DNA from: Convolutriloba macropyga | Lineage: Eukaryota | Length of the DNA: 64,000 nt | Reading direction: 5' to 3' | Assembly (NCBI RefSeq): GCF_964194025.1 | Contig: NC_134475.1 | Coordinates: 19,096,001-19,160,000 of the forward strand | In this document: positions 49,301-61,533 of the stretch, piece by piece | How the letters are laid out: the number at the start of each line of letters is the position of its first letter | Numbering within the stretch: the first letter of the stretch is position 1 | Program-made: the position numbers and the translations under genes | The notes under the pieces: generated by a model | Told to the model about the DNA's origin: nothing | What the model saw: the letters and a program-made list of their open reading frames with translations, nothing else | Database searches by the model: none

Positions 49301-52300
49301 GTTTTTCTGAAACTTCAGGATTGATAATCACTACAGACAACTCAATTGGCTCAAAAATTTCTTGTTCGATCTAGAAACATCATTAGAGCTGAAGAGTGGG
49401 AAACCTTTATATTAAACTTAACCGTAGCTTTGCTAAAATTAATAAACGGCAGGAGTTAGTTCCATAAAATGTTTGTTTTATCCTCTAAAATTTCTAGAGA
49501 GACCAGTTTCGTAAAAATGCACCTAAAATTAACAGGCAAACTTCAATTCGACGGACAGGAATTTGAAGCAGTGCTTATGTTGGAAAATGGAATTAGTTCG
49601 AATTAAGAAGAATAACAATCTGATTCTGAAAGACTTTAAATAAATGGAAGCTAAATGAGGACCATATGTCGTTACCGGTTCTATATATTTACAATCCAGT
49701 TTTTCAGAGAGCTACTTTATGCAGGAATAATAGTTTTTAATTTAATATTAGATAAGAGTGATTGCATTCAAATTGATCCACTTTAAAAGCACTGTGGTTC
49801 CTGTTGTTATGATTTAAAGAAATTAAAGACTCTTTAAAGCGTTTTTCTGAAACTTCAGGATTGATATTCAATTTAGACAACCCAAATGACTTCCAAATTA
49901 CTTGTTCGATCTAGAAACATCAGTGGGGCTGAAGAGTGGGAAACCTTTATATTATAATTAACCGTAGATTTCCTAAACTTAATAAACGGCAGGAAATAGT
50001 TCCATAAATGTTTGTGTTGTCCTCTATACTTTGTAGAGCCCAATTTCAAAAAGATGCACCTAAAATTAACAGGCAAACTTCAGTTCGACGGACAGGGTTT
50101 TGAAGCAGTGCTTATGTTGGAAAATGGAATTAGTTCGAATTAAGAAGAATAACATTCTAATTCTGAAAGACTGTAAACAAATGAAAGCTAAATGAGGACC
50201 ATATGTCGTTACCGGTTCTATATACGTATAATCCCGTGTTCCAGAGATCTACATTATGCAGATAATAGTTTTTGATTTAATATATAGGGAAGAGTGATTG
50301 CATTCAAGTTGATCCACTTTAAAACCACTGCGTTTCCTGTTGTTATGAATTAAAGAAATTAAAGTCTCTTTAAACAGTTTTTCTGAAACTTCAGGATTGA
50401 TATTCAATTCAGACAACCCAAATGGCTCACAAATTACTTGTACGATCTAGAAACATTAGTAGCGCTGAAGAGTGGGAAACCTTTATATTAGGTTAGCCGT
50501 AGCTTTGCTAAAATTTATAAACGGCAGGAAATAGTTCCATATGTGTTTGTTTTGTCCTCTATACTTTCCAGAGAGCCGAATTTCAGAAATTTTCTCCTAA
50601 AGTTAACTGGCAAACTTCAGTTCGATGGACAGGGTTTTGAAGCAGTGCTTATGTTGGAAAATGGAATTAGTTCGAATTAAGAAGATTAACAATCTGATTC
50701 TGAAAGACTTTAAACAAATGGAAGCTAAATGAGGACCATATGTCGTTACCGGTTCTAAATACGTATAATCCCGTTTTCCAGAGATCTACATTATGCAGGA
50801 ATAATAGTTTTTGATTTAATATATAGGGAAGAGTGATTGAATTCAAGTTGATCCACTTTAAAACCACTGCGTTTCCTGTTGTTATGAATTAAAGAAATTA
50901 AAGTCTCTTTAAACAGTTTTTCTGAAACTTCAGGATTGATATTCAATTCAGACAACCCAGATGGCTTCCAAATAACTTGTTTGATCTAGAAACATCAGTG
51001 GGGCTGAAGAGTGGGAAACCTTTATATTATACTTAACCGTAGATTTGCTAAACTTAATAAACGGCAGGAAATAGTTCCATAAATGTTTGTTTTGTCCTCT
51101 ATACTTTGTAGAACCCAATTTCAGAAAGATGCACCTAAAACTAACAGGCAAACTTCAGTTCGACGGACAGGGTTTTGAAGCAGTGCTTATGTTGGAAAAT
51201 GGAATTAGTTCGAATTAAGAAGAATAACATTCTAATTCTGAAAGACTGTAATCAAATGGAAGCTAAATGAGGACCATATGTCGTTACCGGTTCTATATAC
51301 GTATAATCCCGTTTTCCAGAGATCTACATTATGCAGGAATAATAGTTTTTGATTTAATATATAGGGAAGAGTGATTGTATTCAAATTGATCCACTTTAAA
51401 TCCACTGCGTTTCCTGTTGTTATGATTTAAAGAAATTAAAGTCGCTTAAAACCGTTTTTCTTAAACTTCAGGATTGATATAAAATTCAGACAACCCAAAT
51501 GGCTTCCATATTACTTGTTCGATCTAGAAACATCAGTGGGGCTGAAGAGTGGGAAACCTTTATATTATACTTAAGCGTAGATTTGCTATTCTTAATAAAC
51601 GGCAGGAAATAGTTCCATAAATGTTTGCTTTGTCCTCTATACTTTGTAGAGCCCAATTTCAAAAAGATGCACCTAAAATTAACAGGCAAACTTCAGTTCG
51701 ACGGACAGGGTTTTGAAGCAGTGCTTATGTTGGAAAATGGAATTAGTTCGAATTAAGAAGAATAACATTCTAATTCTGAAAGACTGTAAACAAATGAAAG
51801 CTAAATGAGGACCATATGTCGTTACCGGTTCTATATACGTATAATCCCGTGTTCCAGAGATCTACATTATGCAGATAATAGTTTTTGATTTAATATATAG
51901 GGAAGAGTGATTGCATTCAAGTTGATCCACTTTAAAACCACTGCGTTTCCTGTTGTTATGAATTAAAGAAATTAAAGTCTCTTTAAACAGTTTTTCTGAA
52001 ACTTCAGGATTGATATTCAATTCAGACAACCCAAATGGCTCACAAATTACTTGTACGATCTAGAAACAGTAGTAGCGCTGAAGAGTGGGAAACCTTTATA
52101 TTAGGTTAGCCGTAGCTTTGCTAAAATTTATAAACGGCAGGAAATAGTTCCATATGTGTTTGTTTTGTCCTCTATACTTTCCAGAGAGCCGAATTTCAGA
52201 AATTTTCTCCTAAAGTTAACTGGCAAACTTCAGTTCGATGGACAGGGTTTTGAAGCAGTGCTTATGTTGGAAAATGGAATTAGTTCGAATTAAGAAGATT

Positions 52301-54240
52301 AACAATCTGATTCTGAAAGACTTTAAACAAATGGAAGCTAAATGAGGACCATATGTCGTTACCGGTTCTAAATACGTATAATCCCGTTTTCCAGAGATCT
52401 ACATTATGCAGGAATAATAGTTTTTGATTTAATATATAGGGAAGAGTGATTGCATTCAAGTTGATCCACTTTAAAACCACTGCGTTTCCTGTTGTTATGA
52501 ATTAAAGAAATTAAAGTCTCTTTAAACAGTTTTTCTGAAACTTCAGGATTGATATTCAATTCAGACAACCCAGATGGCTTCCAAATAACTTGTTTGATCT
52601 AGAAACATCAGTGGGGCTGAAGAGTGGGAAACCTTTATATTATACTTAACCGTAGATTTGCTAAACTTAATAAACGGCAGGAAATAGTTCCATAAATGTT
52701 TGTTTTGTCCTCTATACTTTGTAGAACCCAATTTCAGAAAGATGCACCTAAAACTAACAGGCAAACTTCAGTTCGACGGACAGGGTTTTGAAGCAGTGCT
52801 TATGTTGGAAAATGGAATTAGTTCGAATTAAGAAGAATAACATTCTAATTCTGAAAGACTGTAATCAAATGGAAGCTAAATGAGGACCATATGTCGTTAC
52901 CGGTTCTATATACGTATAATCCCGTTTTCCAGAGATCTACATTATGCAGGAATAATAGTTTTTGATTTAATATATAGGGAAGAGTGATTGTATTCAAATT
53001 GATCCACTTTAAATCCACTGCGTTTCCTGTTGTTATGATTTAAAGAAATTAAAGTCGCTTAAAACCGTTTTTCTTAAACTTCAGGATTGATATAAAATTC
53101 AGACAACCCAAATGGCTTCCATATTACTTGTTCGATCTAGAAACATCAGTGGGGCTGAAGAGTGGGAAACCTTTATATTATACTTAAGCGTAGATTTGCT
53201 ATTCTTAATAAACGGCAGGAAATAGTTCCATAAATGTTTGCTTTGTCCTCTATACTTTGTAGAGCCCAATTTCAAAAAGATGCACCTAAAATTAACAGGC
53301 AAACTTCAGTTCGACGGACAGGGTTTTGAAGCAGTGCTTATGTTGGAAAATGGAAATAGTTCGAATTAAGAAGAATAACAATCTGATTCTGAAAGACTTT
53401 AAAGAATGGAAGCTAAATGAGGACCGTACGTCGTTACCGTTTCTATATACGTATAATCAAGTTTTTCAGAGAGCTACTTTATGCAGGAATAGTAGTTTTT
53501 GACTTATTATATAGGGAAGAATGATTGTATTCAAATTGATCCACTTTAAAACCACTGCGTTTCCTGTTGTTATGATTTAAAGAAATTAAAATCGCTTAAA
53601 ACCGTTTTTCTGAAACTTCAGGATTGATATAAAATTCAGACAACCCAAATGGCTCCCATATTACTTGTTCGATCTAGAAACATCAATGGGGCTGAAGAGT
53701 GGGAAACCTTTGGATTATACTTAACCGTAGATTTGCTAAACTTAATAAACGGCAGGAAATAGTTCCATAAATGTTTGTTTTGTCCTCTATACTTTGTAGA
53801 GCCCAATTTCAAAAAGATGCACCTAAAATTAACAGGCAAACTTCAGTTTGACGGACAGGGTTTTGAAGCAGTGCTTATGTTGGAAAATGGAAATAGTTCG
53901 AATTAAGAAGAATAACAATCTGATTCTGAAAGACTTTAAAGAATGGAAGCTAAATGAGGACCGTACGTCGTTACCGTTTCTATATACGTATAATCCAGTT
54001 TTCCAGAGAGCTACTTTATGCAGGAATAGTAGTTTTTGACTTATTATATAGGGAAGAGTGATTGTATTCAAATTGATCCACTTTAAAACCACTGCCTTTC
54101 CTGTTGTTTTGATTTAAAGAAATTAAAGTCGCTTAAAACCGTTTTTCTGAAACTTCAGGATTGATATAAAATTCAGACAACCCAAATGGCTCCCATATTA
54201 CTTGTTCGATCTAGAAACATCAGTAGAGCTGAAGAGCGGG
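46378..54240. repeat. Satellite array, ~538-bp monomer, about 14.5 copies
   Basis: CAGACAACCC-like marker every 536-540 bp from about 46639 to 54174. Confidence 0.97.
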
Positions 54241-54414
54241 AAAAATTGATGCTAAACTTTACAGTAACCTCGCAAAATTTAAAATTGAAACACTTTGAAA
54301 AAATGCTGGACGCTGCCTAATAAATGTGTTGATGTTTCTCCTAAAGTTTGTATTTGTGTTGTGTTTTAGTTTCTGCTAAACTTTTGTTGTTTCACTGCCG
54401 AATGCAATGAAAGT

Positions 54415-54571
54415 TATTTTCAGGTAACCACACCTGAACTTGTTCAGGTGAAAATTTACCTGAAATTCAGTTCAGGTGTATTTCAGGTGCTTTTACACCT
54501 GAACTTCACATGAACTTCTAGTTACCTGAACTTGGTTCAGGTAAATTTACCTGAACTTTTTTTAGTGTGTA
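54415..54571. mobile_element. Probable DNA-transposon/MITE end with alternating ACCTGAA/TTCAGGT sub-terminal motifs
   Basis: About ten copies of the motif in both orientations, ending TTTTTTTAGTGTG-TA exactly where homology to copy 1 (position ~1214) begins. Confidence 0.5.
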
Positions 54572-54818
54572 CTTTTTCATTCTCTCTGGTAGTTTTGAAT
54601 TGTTCAGCTGTTTCAGCTGCATTCGAGATACAAGCGTATAGAATCATGAGTACAATTGGGATGGCTTACAGTGTTTATTTAATACATTTCGTTTTCAAAC
54701 TATGAATGCCGAAACTACTTATACTACTCTCTTATACTACATTAAAAACAGTAGTCATGTTTGTAATTGAATGAATTAAATTCGGATATAAACAATTTTG
54801 GAATGCAACAATTTTGTG

Positions 54819-56555
54819 CTATGTCGTTAAGGCTTTGATCTCGTCCGATAGTACACGTGTGACGTATATAGCACGAGTCGCCTCATCGCCCCCGATTAAC
54901 TCCAGTGCCAATAAAGCGGCATCACGAACCACTGAAATGACATCATTTCTCCACACACTAATCAGTTTTTCTATTTGGTCCTCGGCTTTCATGCGCCCTA
55001 AGGCCACGCAAGCCGATTCACGTACCAGTCTATCCTTGTCTTTTAGTAGCTTCGCAACTCTTGCGGTAGGAGAACCTTGTGTATCGTAACCAAAGGACAC
55101 CTTCGCCAGCGACAATGCTGCAATGCTTCTCACATTCGCATCAGGATCCCTCAATAAATCCAACAGCGCCTCCTGCACAGCTGCACTTTTAAATTTGCTC
55201 AAATTCTCTATAACATCCAAACGTACAGAAGAATCAATAGCAAAAACTGCTTTTATAGCAAGTTGCTCACGCGCGTATTTTTCCACGCTCTCCCAGACAA
55301 ACTGCTCTGATCGTGAGTTAGCAGGCTTGCAAAAATCTTTAAATGCTTGCAGTGTAACTGAATCAGGGTTATCGCTGCTTTCATCGCAGAGCTCTGACTT
55401 GAAAATAGATAAAAGCCAATGTTGATCTGTTATTGGAACTCGTGATTCGAGCTCGTGGCCAAATTGGACCATGAATAGTTGCACAAATTCTGGCCAGTTA
55501 CAGCTTTGACCCCCAGGTATATACAAATCCCAGAATGTCTCAGCTTTCATGTCATTCTGAACTGACTGGCTAGCTGTCATGCTGTCTGTAGCATCTGTTT
55601 CTGACAAAAGATTGGCAATTTTGTTTTTGATTTGCTTGCACATGAATTCAACTTGAGACTTTTTCAATCTCAAATCAGTTATCTCGACAAACTTGTTTTT
55701 ATGGGGAGCCAATGTGAGTTTTTGGCCGAAGTCCATTTGAGCGAAAAGATCGTCGGGATCAGAAGAGCAAATTACGTTGAGAGGCTTGTTCGAAATGTAT
55801 GCTAAGCTGAGTTCGTCTTTGCAGTATTTCGATACCACCGAGGAATCTGTCAGTATTTGCAAAAAGCACGTCGAAATCACAATTGCCTTTCCAATTTTGC
55901 TGAGGAAGTCAACACCAGCTCCCAGACCTTCTTCATCAACCCACACTTTCAAACCTTCATTTTTGAGCGCATCTTTGATATAGCGCATCAGGTCCATGTC
56001 TTGGTGGCTATACGAGATCATGACGTCAAATTTCTCTTCCTCGTCTTCTGTGTTTTGGTTATTTTGTTCTTGCGGAACTGGTGATGAAGAGCGTGATGCT
56101 TCGCCACCTGATTGTTGACTTAATCTGCGAATTGTTTGCTGCATAAAATTCTCCGGTGCAGGGGAAGAAGATTCAGCTGAAGGGTCCTGGGTTCCTTCGA
56201 TTGTTAGGCTTGCTTTTGAGTGAAAATTGGCGGGGACGGGCAAGTTATTTGGGGTCTGGTGTTGTGGCTGAGTGATTTGAAGTACTGGGTTGTTTGTTGG
56301 CTGTTTAATTGGTTTCGTTGGAAAACTGACGATTTGGGGAGTTTTATTGTCCACTTTTCTGATGCTGGAACTATTCTCTGATTTGATAGATTGTGCATGT
56401 TTTGCGAAATGGATTACTCCAGCATTTGATGGTTTCGGTTTGCTTCCTGCGAGGGATGTCGAAAGATTATTAATGGTTATTTGAGTGGAATTTTTGCTGG
56501 GAATCCCCGCCAAAGGTGGCAGCTTTGTTTTGGTTTTCTGTGTAGTGCGTTGCAT
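54819..56555 (-). CDS. TIR+HEAT-repeat protein, copy 2 (578 aa)
   Basis: Same domains as 1456-3192; substitutions are concentrated in the disordered N-terminus. Confidence 0.87.
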   Translation of the reverse strand: MQRTTQKTKTKLPPLAGIPSKNSTQITINNLSTSLAGSKPKPSNAGVIHFAKHAQSIKSENSSSIRKVDNKTPQIVSFPTKPIKQPTNNPVLQITQPQHQTPNNLPVPANFHSKASLTIEGTQDPSAESSSPAPENFMQQTIRRLSQQSGGEASRSSSPVPQEQNNQNTEDEEEKFDVMISYSHQDMDLMRYIKDALKNEGLKVWVDEEGLGAGVDFLSKIGKAIVISTCFLQILTDSSVVSKYCKDELSLAYISNKPLNVICSSDPDDLFAQMDFGQKLTLAPHKNKFVEITDLRLKKSQVEFMCKQIKNKIANLLSETDATDSMTASQSVQNDMKAETFWDLYIPGGQSCNWPEFVQLFMVQFGHELESRVPITDQHWLLSIFKSELCDESSDNPDSVTLQAFKDFCKPANSRSEQFVWESVEKYAREQLAIKAVFAIDSSVRLDVIENLSKFKSAAVQEALLDLLRDPDANVRSIAALSLAKVSFGYDTQGSPTARVAKLLKDKDRLVRESACVALGRMKAEDQIEKLISVWRNDVISVVRDAALLALELIGGDEATRAIYVTRVLSDEIKALTT

Positions 56556-56868
56556 ATTATATTTCTATTGGTAAAAACGTCTCGTTTTTGTAATCTCTTA
56601 CACTTGTGGTATATAATGCGTGAAAAGCCGTAAAGTGTGTGTATTCAATTTTGGCACCAATTTTGAGTAAATTCAATTTGAACTACGTTTTATTTTTTTG
56701 TGCTGCTTAATTTGAAGCGTTCTCAAGTTTACCGATAGTTTTCGTGTGTGAGAATGACGTTAAGTTTTGATAACTGTCAATTTCTAATAACTTAAAATTT
56801 TCAGTTTTCGACGATATGCATACGTTTCTGATTGGTATTGAAATTTTAAATTCGAGAAACCCTTTAAT

Positions 56869-58893
56869 ATGATCTTATCAAACCTTCGAACAGTCGAGTC
56901 GACACTGCTCTACAGGACTCGAAGAGTCACTGCGACATATTTTAGTTCGTTCAATTCAACCTATACATCAAAGCCTTGCAATTTTTGCAGAAAAAGGTCA
57001 AGTTTGGCTCAAGTGAAGTTTGAAACCGAAAAGCAACACATCCGTAGAGTATCAAAAAATGTGAAAAGATATCGGACTCTCCACTGCACTGATGTTTCCA
57101 AAGATCATGTTGGGTCAGAACAGCTGTTTTCCGGTTGGGTCAAATATGTAAGAAATTTAGGAAAATCTTCATTTGGGTTCCTGGTGTTGACGGATCATAC
57201 GGGCGATCTGCAATTTGTTCTGCGAGATCAGAATAAGAGTGATCATCAAAAAGACAGCTTTTCAAACGTAATTACTCCTGATGGGTTTTTATGGTCTGAC
57301 GTTACTGCTCAAAGTGCGATGACAATTCGGGGAATGGTTCTGAATCGACCAGCGACAGACGTTAATCGAGAAATGGAAAGTGGAGCTTTCGAAGTTCTAA
57401 TAAACGAAGTTCTGTTTTGTAATTCTTCAGCTCCCGTACCTTTTAACATTTATAAACCTCAATCCTTGGTACGAGAAGATATAAGGTTACAATACCGATA
57501 TTTGGACTTAAGACGTCAAGAAATGCAAAAAGTTCTACGCTTCCGTTCTTCCGTCATGCACAAAATGAGGCGTGTTTTGGTGGAGAAATTGTTTTTCACA
57601 GAAATTGAAACTCCAACTCTATTCCGAAGTTCCCCGGGTGGTGCAAAAGAATTCTTGGTTCCATCACAACAACCAGATCATTATTTTGCTTTGACTCAGA
57701 GCCCTCAACAGCTTAAGCAGCTTCTGATGGTTGGCATGGTTGATCGATATTTCCAGTTTGCGAAATGTTATCGTGATGAAAGTCAATTTTCAGATCGACA
57801 ACTTGAGTTCACACAGCTGGACTTAGAAGTAAGCTTCGAATCAAAAGAATTTATTCAAGATGTAATTGAAAGAATAATTTGGGAAACTTGGCCTAGTGAG
57901 ATTTCAATTCAACCGAGAATTCCCTTCAAAAGAATGTCGTATGATGAAGTGTTTAGTAACTATGGGACTGATAAACCTGATTTGCGCTATGAAGATATAA
58001 AGTTAATGAAGGTACCTTCTGATTTATTGCGAAAACTGAATAATCCTGTTCTAGACCAACATTTAAATGCAGGCTACGGTGGCCATGGGTTGTTGATTAA
58101 AAATGGGCAAAAAATGACTCGGGCCTCCGTGAAAAAAAATGTACAGATCATTGAGAAAGAGCTTCGTTGGATGGTATCTGTAGTGAATATTGGACAGAAT
58201 GGAAGATGGCACCACCACCCGTTTCAAAAAGCGGAGAACGAAACTGTTGATGATTTGAATTTGCTTTTCAAAAGTGAGGAAGGGGATATTTTGTTTTTGT
58301 GTTGTGGTCCAGAAGATCTAGTGTGTACTATGTTAGGAAGAGTAAGAGCTAATATGATTGAAAATTTACGCGAAGTCTCCAAATTCTACCGGAGGAATGA
58401 AAGGGATTTCCGGTTTTTATGGGTTGAAGATTTCCCGCTTTTTGAGCGAAGAGTCGACAATGACAAAGAAATGTGGGTTGCAAGTCATCACCCGTTCACA
58501 GCTCCTCGTCAGGACGACATGGAGTTCCTTGAATCGGATCCCTCCAAGGTCAGAGGTCAACACTTTGACTTGGTTTTGAATGGCAATGAGATTGCTGGTG
58601 GTTCAATGAGAATAAGCGATTCGAAAGTCCAGCAGAAAATACTGGGCGATATTCTGAAGCTGGATTGTAGTAACTTCCAGTACTTGATAGATGCATTGTC
58701 TTATGGAGCACCAGTGCATGGTGGAATTGCTATTGGTCTCGACAGGTATTTCGCTATGATTCTGGGAAAGAAATCGATCAGAGATGTGATTGCCTTCCCT
58801 AAGAGTAATAAAACGGGAGCTTGTTTAATGAGTGATGCACCGAGCCGGATTGAGCTTGGTGGTTATGGGGCAGATTTTACTTTTAAAATTTAA
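56869..58893 (+). CDS. DARS2: Mitochondrial aspartyl-tRNA synthetase, copy 2 (674 aa)
   Basis: All class II AspRS motifs as in copy 1; retains the canonical EFLVPS and has a longer C-terminus. Confidence 0.93.
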   Translation: MILSNLRTVESTLLYRTRRVTATYFSSFNSTYTSKPCNFCRKRSSLAQVKFETEKQHIRRVSKNVKRYRTLHCTDVSKDHVGSEQLFSGWVKYVRNLGKSSFGFLVLTDHTGDLQFVLRDQNKSDHQKDSFSNVITPDGFLWSDVTAQSAMTIRGMVLNRPATDVNREMESGAFEVLINEVLFCNSSAPVPFNIYKPQSLVREDIRLQYRYLDLRRQEMQKVLRFRSSVMHKMRRVLVEKLFFTEIETPTLFRSSPGGAKEFLVPSQQPDHYFALTQSPQQLKQLLMVGMVDRYFQFAKCYRDESQFSDRQLEFTQLDLEVSFESKEFIQDVIERIIWETWPSEISIQPRIPFKRMSYDEVFSNYGTDKPDLRYEDIKLMKVPSDLLRKLNNPVLDQHLNAGYGGHGLLIKNGQKMTRASVKKNVQIIEKELRWMVSVVNIGQNGRWHHHPFQKAENETVDDLNLLFKSEEGDILFLCCGPEDLVCTMLGRVRANMIENLREVSKFYRRNERDFRFLWVEDFPLFERRVDNDKEMWVASHHPFTAPRQDDMEFLESDPSKVRGQHFDLVLNGNEIAGGSMRISDSKVQQKILGDILKLDCSNFQYLIDALSYGAPVHGGIAIGLDRYFAMILGKKSIRDVIAFPKSNKTGACLMSDAPSRIELGGYGADFTFKI

Positions 58894-59177
58894 AAAAGTA
58901 TCGCGAGCTTGCTTTCTAGCTTGGCGCAAATGACCCTGAACGCACAGAGTTATTTCTAAATTATATTGTTCACTAATTGTTTCGGTACAGATTTTGAAAA
59001 GAATTATGATTTTCAGTGTTTTTGAGCTTCCCGGAACAATAATTAACATTTGAATCAAAGGAAACGACAAAAATATGAATTGGGAGATTATAAATTTTGA
59101 AACTGCTAGGTCAACTTTCAGGTATTGTAACATGAGTGTAGGACAATGAATTTATCCTGAGTCGTCTGGCAAGAGAA

Positions 59178-59450
59178 TTGCTCCTGGTTTGCCTTCCCAA
59201 GCCCCATTGGTTCCTTGACGGGCAATCCCATTGGGTAACAATGAAGTACAATCACTCGGCTGTAACGTATTTCACTCTCCGCAATTCTTTCATCCACAAT
59301 TACTTGATGGCAATGACTAAGTATCTTTGGAAGTGCAAAGTGCTTCTACCCTTTCTGGTGACGTCACTGATATTGGCGAGTAACGTTAGGATGAGGTTCA
59401 CTGTTCGGTTGCCTGGTGATAATGATGATGTTCAGGACGAGCAGCAATAA
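59178..59450 (+). CDS. Candidate small ORF or exon, copy 2
   Basis: See 6384-6656. Confidence 0.35.
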   Translation: MLLVCLPKPHWFLDGQSHWVTMKYNHSAVTYFTLRNSFIHNYLMAMTKYLWKCKVLLPFLVTSLILASNVRMRFTVRLPGDNDDVQDEQQ

Positions 59451-60547
59451 ATCTAAATTGAGCTGATAACTGAAGAATAAAATGTTGGCTAATAAGTTTA
59501 TACGGATCTGTTACCCCCTAAACTTTTTTCCACAAATTTGCGAGAACAACAATCAGTATATAATTAAGCACAGCCTAAAATGAGATTTCAAACTATTTAT
59601 TGCCTCCAATAAACTCCAAGAGAATGATATCATGAGTGTGTTGAAGAAATTGTAGGTGATCATATTGTACTGGGGTTATGAAACAGTCTCGTGTTTACTT
59701 TATTTCCATTATAGATATTTTGTTTTATGAGTGAAATAGCTATTTTGAAATTCTTGACATGAACAGATTTTAATTAATTAGATTTGCCTAGATTTTTTAT
59801 TGGGTAGGTGGCTTTCAATGAAACAGGTCTGAATTATTGAAGTATATGAGCGCATTCTAAACTTCTCTCACAGTCACCCTTTTCAGCAGCTCAATTCAAT
59901 TTGCGGTAGTGATCCACTAAAAGTCCAATGAAAGGAACCCGAAAGTTGGTTTCGTTTTTAAATGGCTCTCAGGCAAAATTTGTAGCAATTATTTGAGTCC
60001 CACTGGTTCTGTTTAATGCAAATTCTTTCTTTGACTGGTTTTTTGCCTAAAGCTTTGACTTTTCGAGTGTCGAGTGTCCTTTTGCGCTTGTGTTCTTGAT
60101 TTTTATGTGATCTAAATTGCTCTCATTCAGAGTTTAATGTGCTTACTTCGACAGTTTACTACTAAAAGTCAAATCAAGATTGCGCCAACATTTGTTTGAA
60201 TATAATTTATAGCTGTGGTCAGTAGTATATAATACCTACGTAAAGAAAGGGGGGGTTATCATTCGACTCTTAACCATAGGATAATAGGTAGTGGCGGTTA
60301 AGTGGGAATAGGATAGGCGGGATAAAATCTTTCCGACTGCTGTTTATTGCCGTTTGGATTGTTCTATTCCGCCGTTCTTGCTAGTTCTTTCTGGTCGTTT
60401 GAATTTAACGCTACATGTAAAAAGTAGTCTCATTGCCCTAATAGAGGGGAGGGGCTTATTATGTGATATTTAGACGTGTGATTAAGTGGTTTTGGTCAGT
60501 TGTTAGCAAAAATTGATCATTATTGGGAGAATGTGTGCATAGATCAA

Positions 60548-60961
60548 ATGGCAACTATAGCAACGCTTGATTTGAAAAGTATTCACGAAACTTACAAGGA
60601 AATCGAAAAAGAATATTCACAATACGGTAAACGATTTTTATACTTTTTAGCCACTTGTTTGCATTTGGATCCGGATCTTGATTTGGATATTGCGTTGAAG
60701 TTGCGGCCGTACGGAGGTTTGATTGGTATTGATAATTCTTCGTTAGACAAATATTTCAAAAATTTAAAAATTTTGAGATTACATGCCATACTCCACGACG
60801 CTTCCGGTTTTGTTTATGAATATAGTGAAAAGGGTCCAGGCTATTCTTACGTATTACCTTGTTCAGTGACAAATGAGTACCTTGGTCATGTGACTGGAAT
60901 TGCTTTTTGTTTTTACGTAAAATCTTTCAAAAATAGTTTATTCAATTTGCTGGAATGTTGA
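60548..60961 (+). CDS. Phospholipase A2-like (PLA2X-type) Maverick/adintovirus protein
   Basis: PYGGLIG...LRLHAILHDA.G...GPGYSY, an HD dyad in PLA2-like context. Confidence 0.6.
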   Translation: MATIATLDLKSIHETYKEIEKEYSQYGKRFLYFLATCLHLDPDLDLDIALKLRPYGGLIGIDNSSLDKYFKNLKILRLHAILHDASGFVYEYSEKGPGYSYVLPCSVTNEYLGHVTGIAFCFYVKSFKNSLFNLLEC

Positions 60962-61533
60962 AATCCGGAGCGGTTGTTCTTGATTTTGAAGGCTTTCGAA
61001 GTAAAAAATCTGGATTTATAATAAAAGAACTTGCGGTATCTACCGAAAATTACAACGATATAATTTCGTTTTTACCTCCAAAATCATTTAACATACTTTG
61101 TTCGAGTGAGCAAAGATCTTTCCTGTGGGTATCTAAATTCCTTCATGGTCTCTCGTGGGAGACAGGAGAGTACCCTTATCATTATTTGCAACAGATTTTT
61201 CAAAGTATAGTTCTTCGATTTCCCTTTTCTGATTTTTACGCAAAAGGATTAGAAAAAACGGAAACTTTACGACAGCTTGGAAACGTTATCAACTTGGAAA
61301 CTTTGTTCTGCCCAAAAATTGAACACTTGAAGTTGTATCGGGAGACACCGGTTTGTAAATTACATGCATTGAGTTGCCCAAAACGACAGAGGACCAAGCA
61401 TTGTGCCAATAAGAAGGCAAAACTCTTTTACCAGTGGCTGACGAATGAATCGTCGGTTAGAGAAACCAGCTCCGTCTCTACTACAAGTGAATTTGTCTCC
61501 AAATTTGACAGTTTACAGTTGCATAACGCCTGA
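60955..61533 (+). CDS. DEDD-like 3'-5' exonuclease-fold protein
   Basis: VVLDFEGF...FIIKELAV...LHGLSWETG...FYAKGLEK...INLE..FCP...C..H...HCA pattern. Confidence 0.65.
   Translation: MLKSGAVVLDFEGFRSKKSGFIIKELAVSTENYNDIISFLPPKSFNILCSSEQRSFLWVSKFLHGLSWETGEYPYHYLQQIFQSIVLRFPFSDFYAKGLEKTETLRQLGNVINLETLFCPKIEHLKLYRETPVCKLHALSCPKRQRTKHCANKKAKLFYQWLTNESSVRETSSVSTTSEFVSKFDSLQLHNA

Larger units (their letters stand above)
54570..60220. repeat. Second copy (segmental duplicate or allelic haplotype) of 1214-7048 plus 11450-11823
   Basis: Continuous high identity across both genes and their flanks. Confidence 0.95.

Noticed and set aside
46666-54092. Repeated 60-113 aa ORFs (MVLKWINL..., MPVNFRCIF...)
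   Set aside because: By-products of the 538-bp satellite; frames open and close at random between monomers.
46378-54240. CRISPR-like array
   Set aside because: Long monomers with no unique spacers, no cas genes, and a eukaryotic context.
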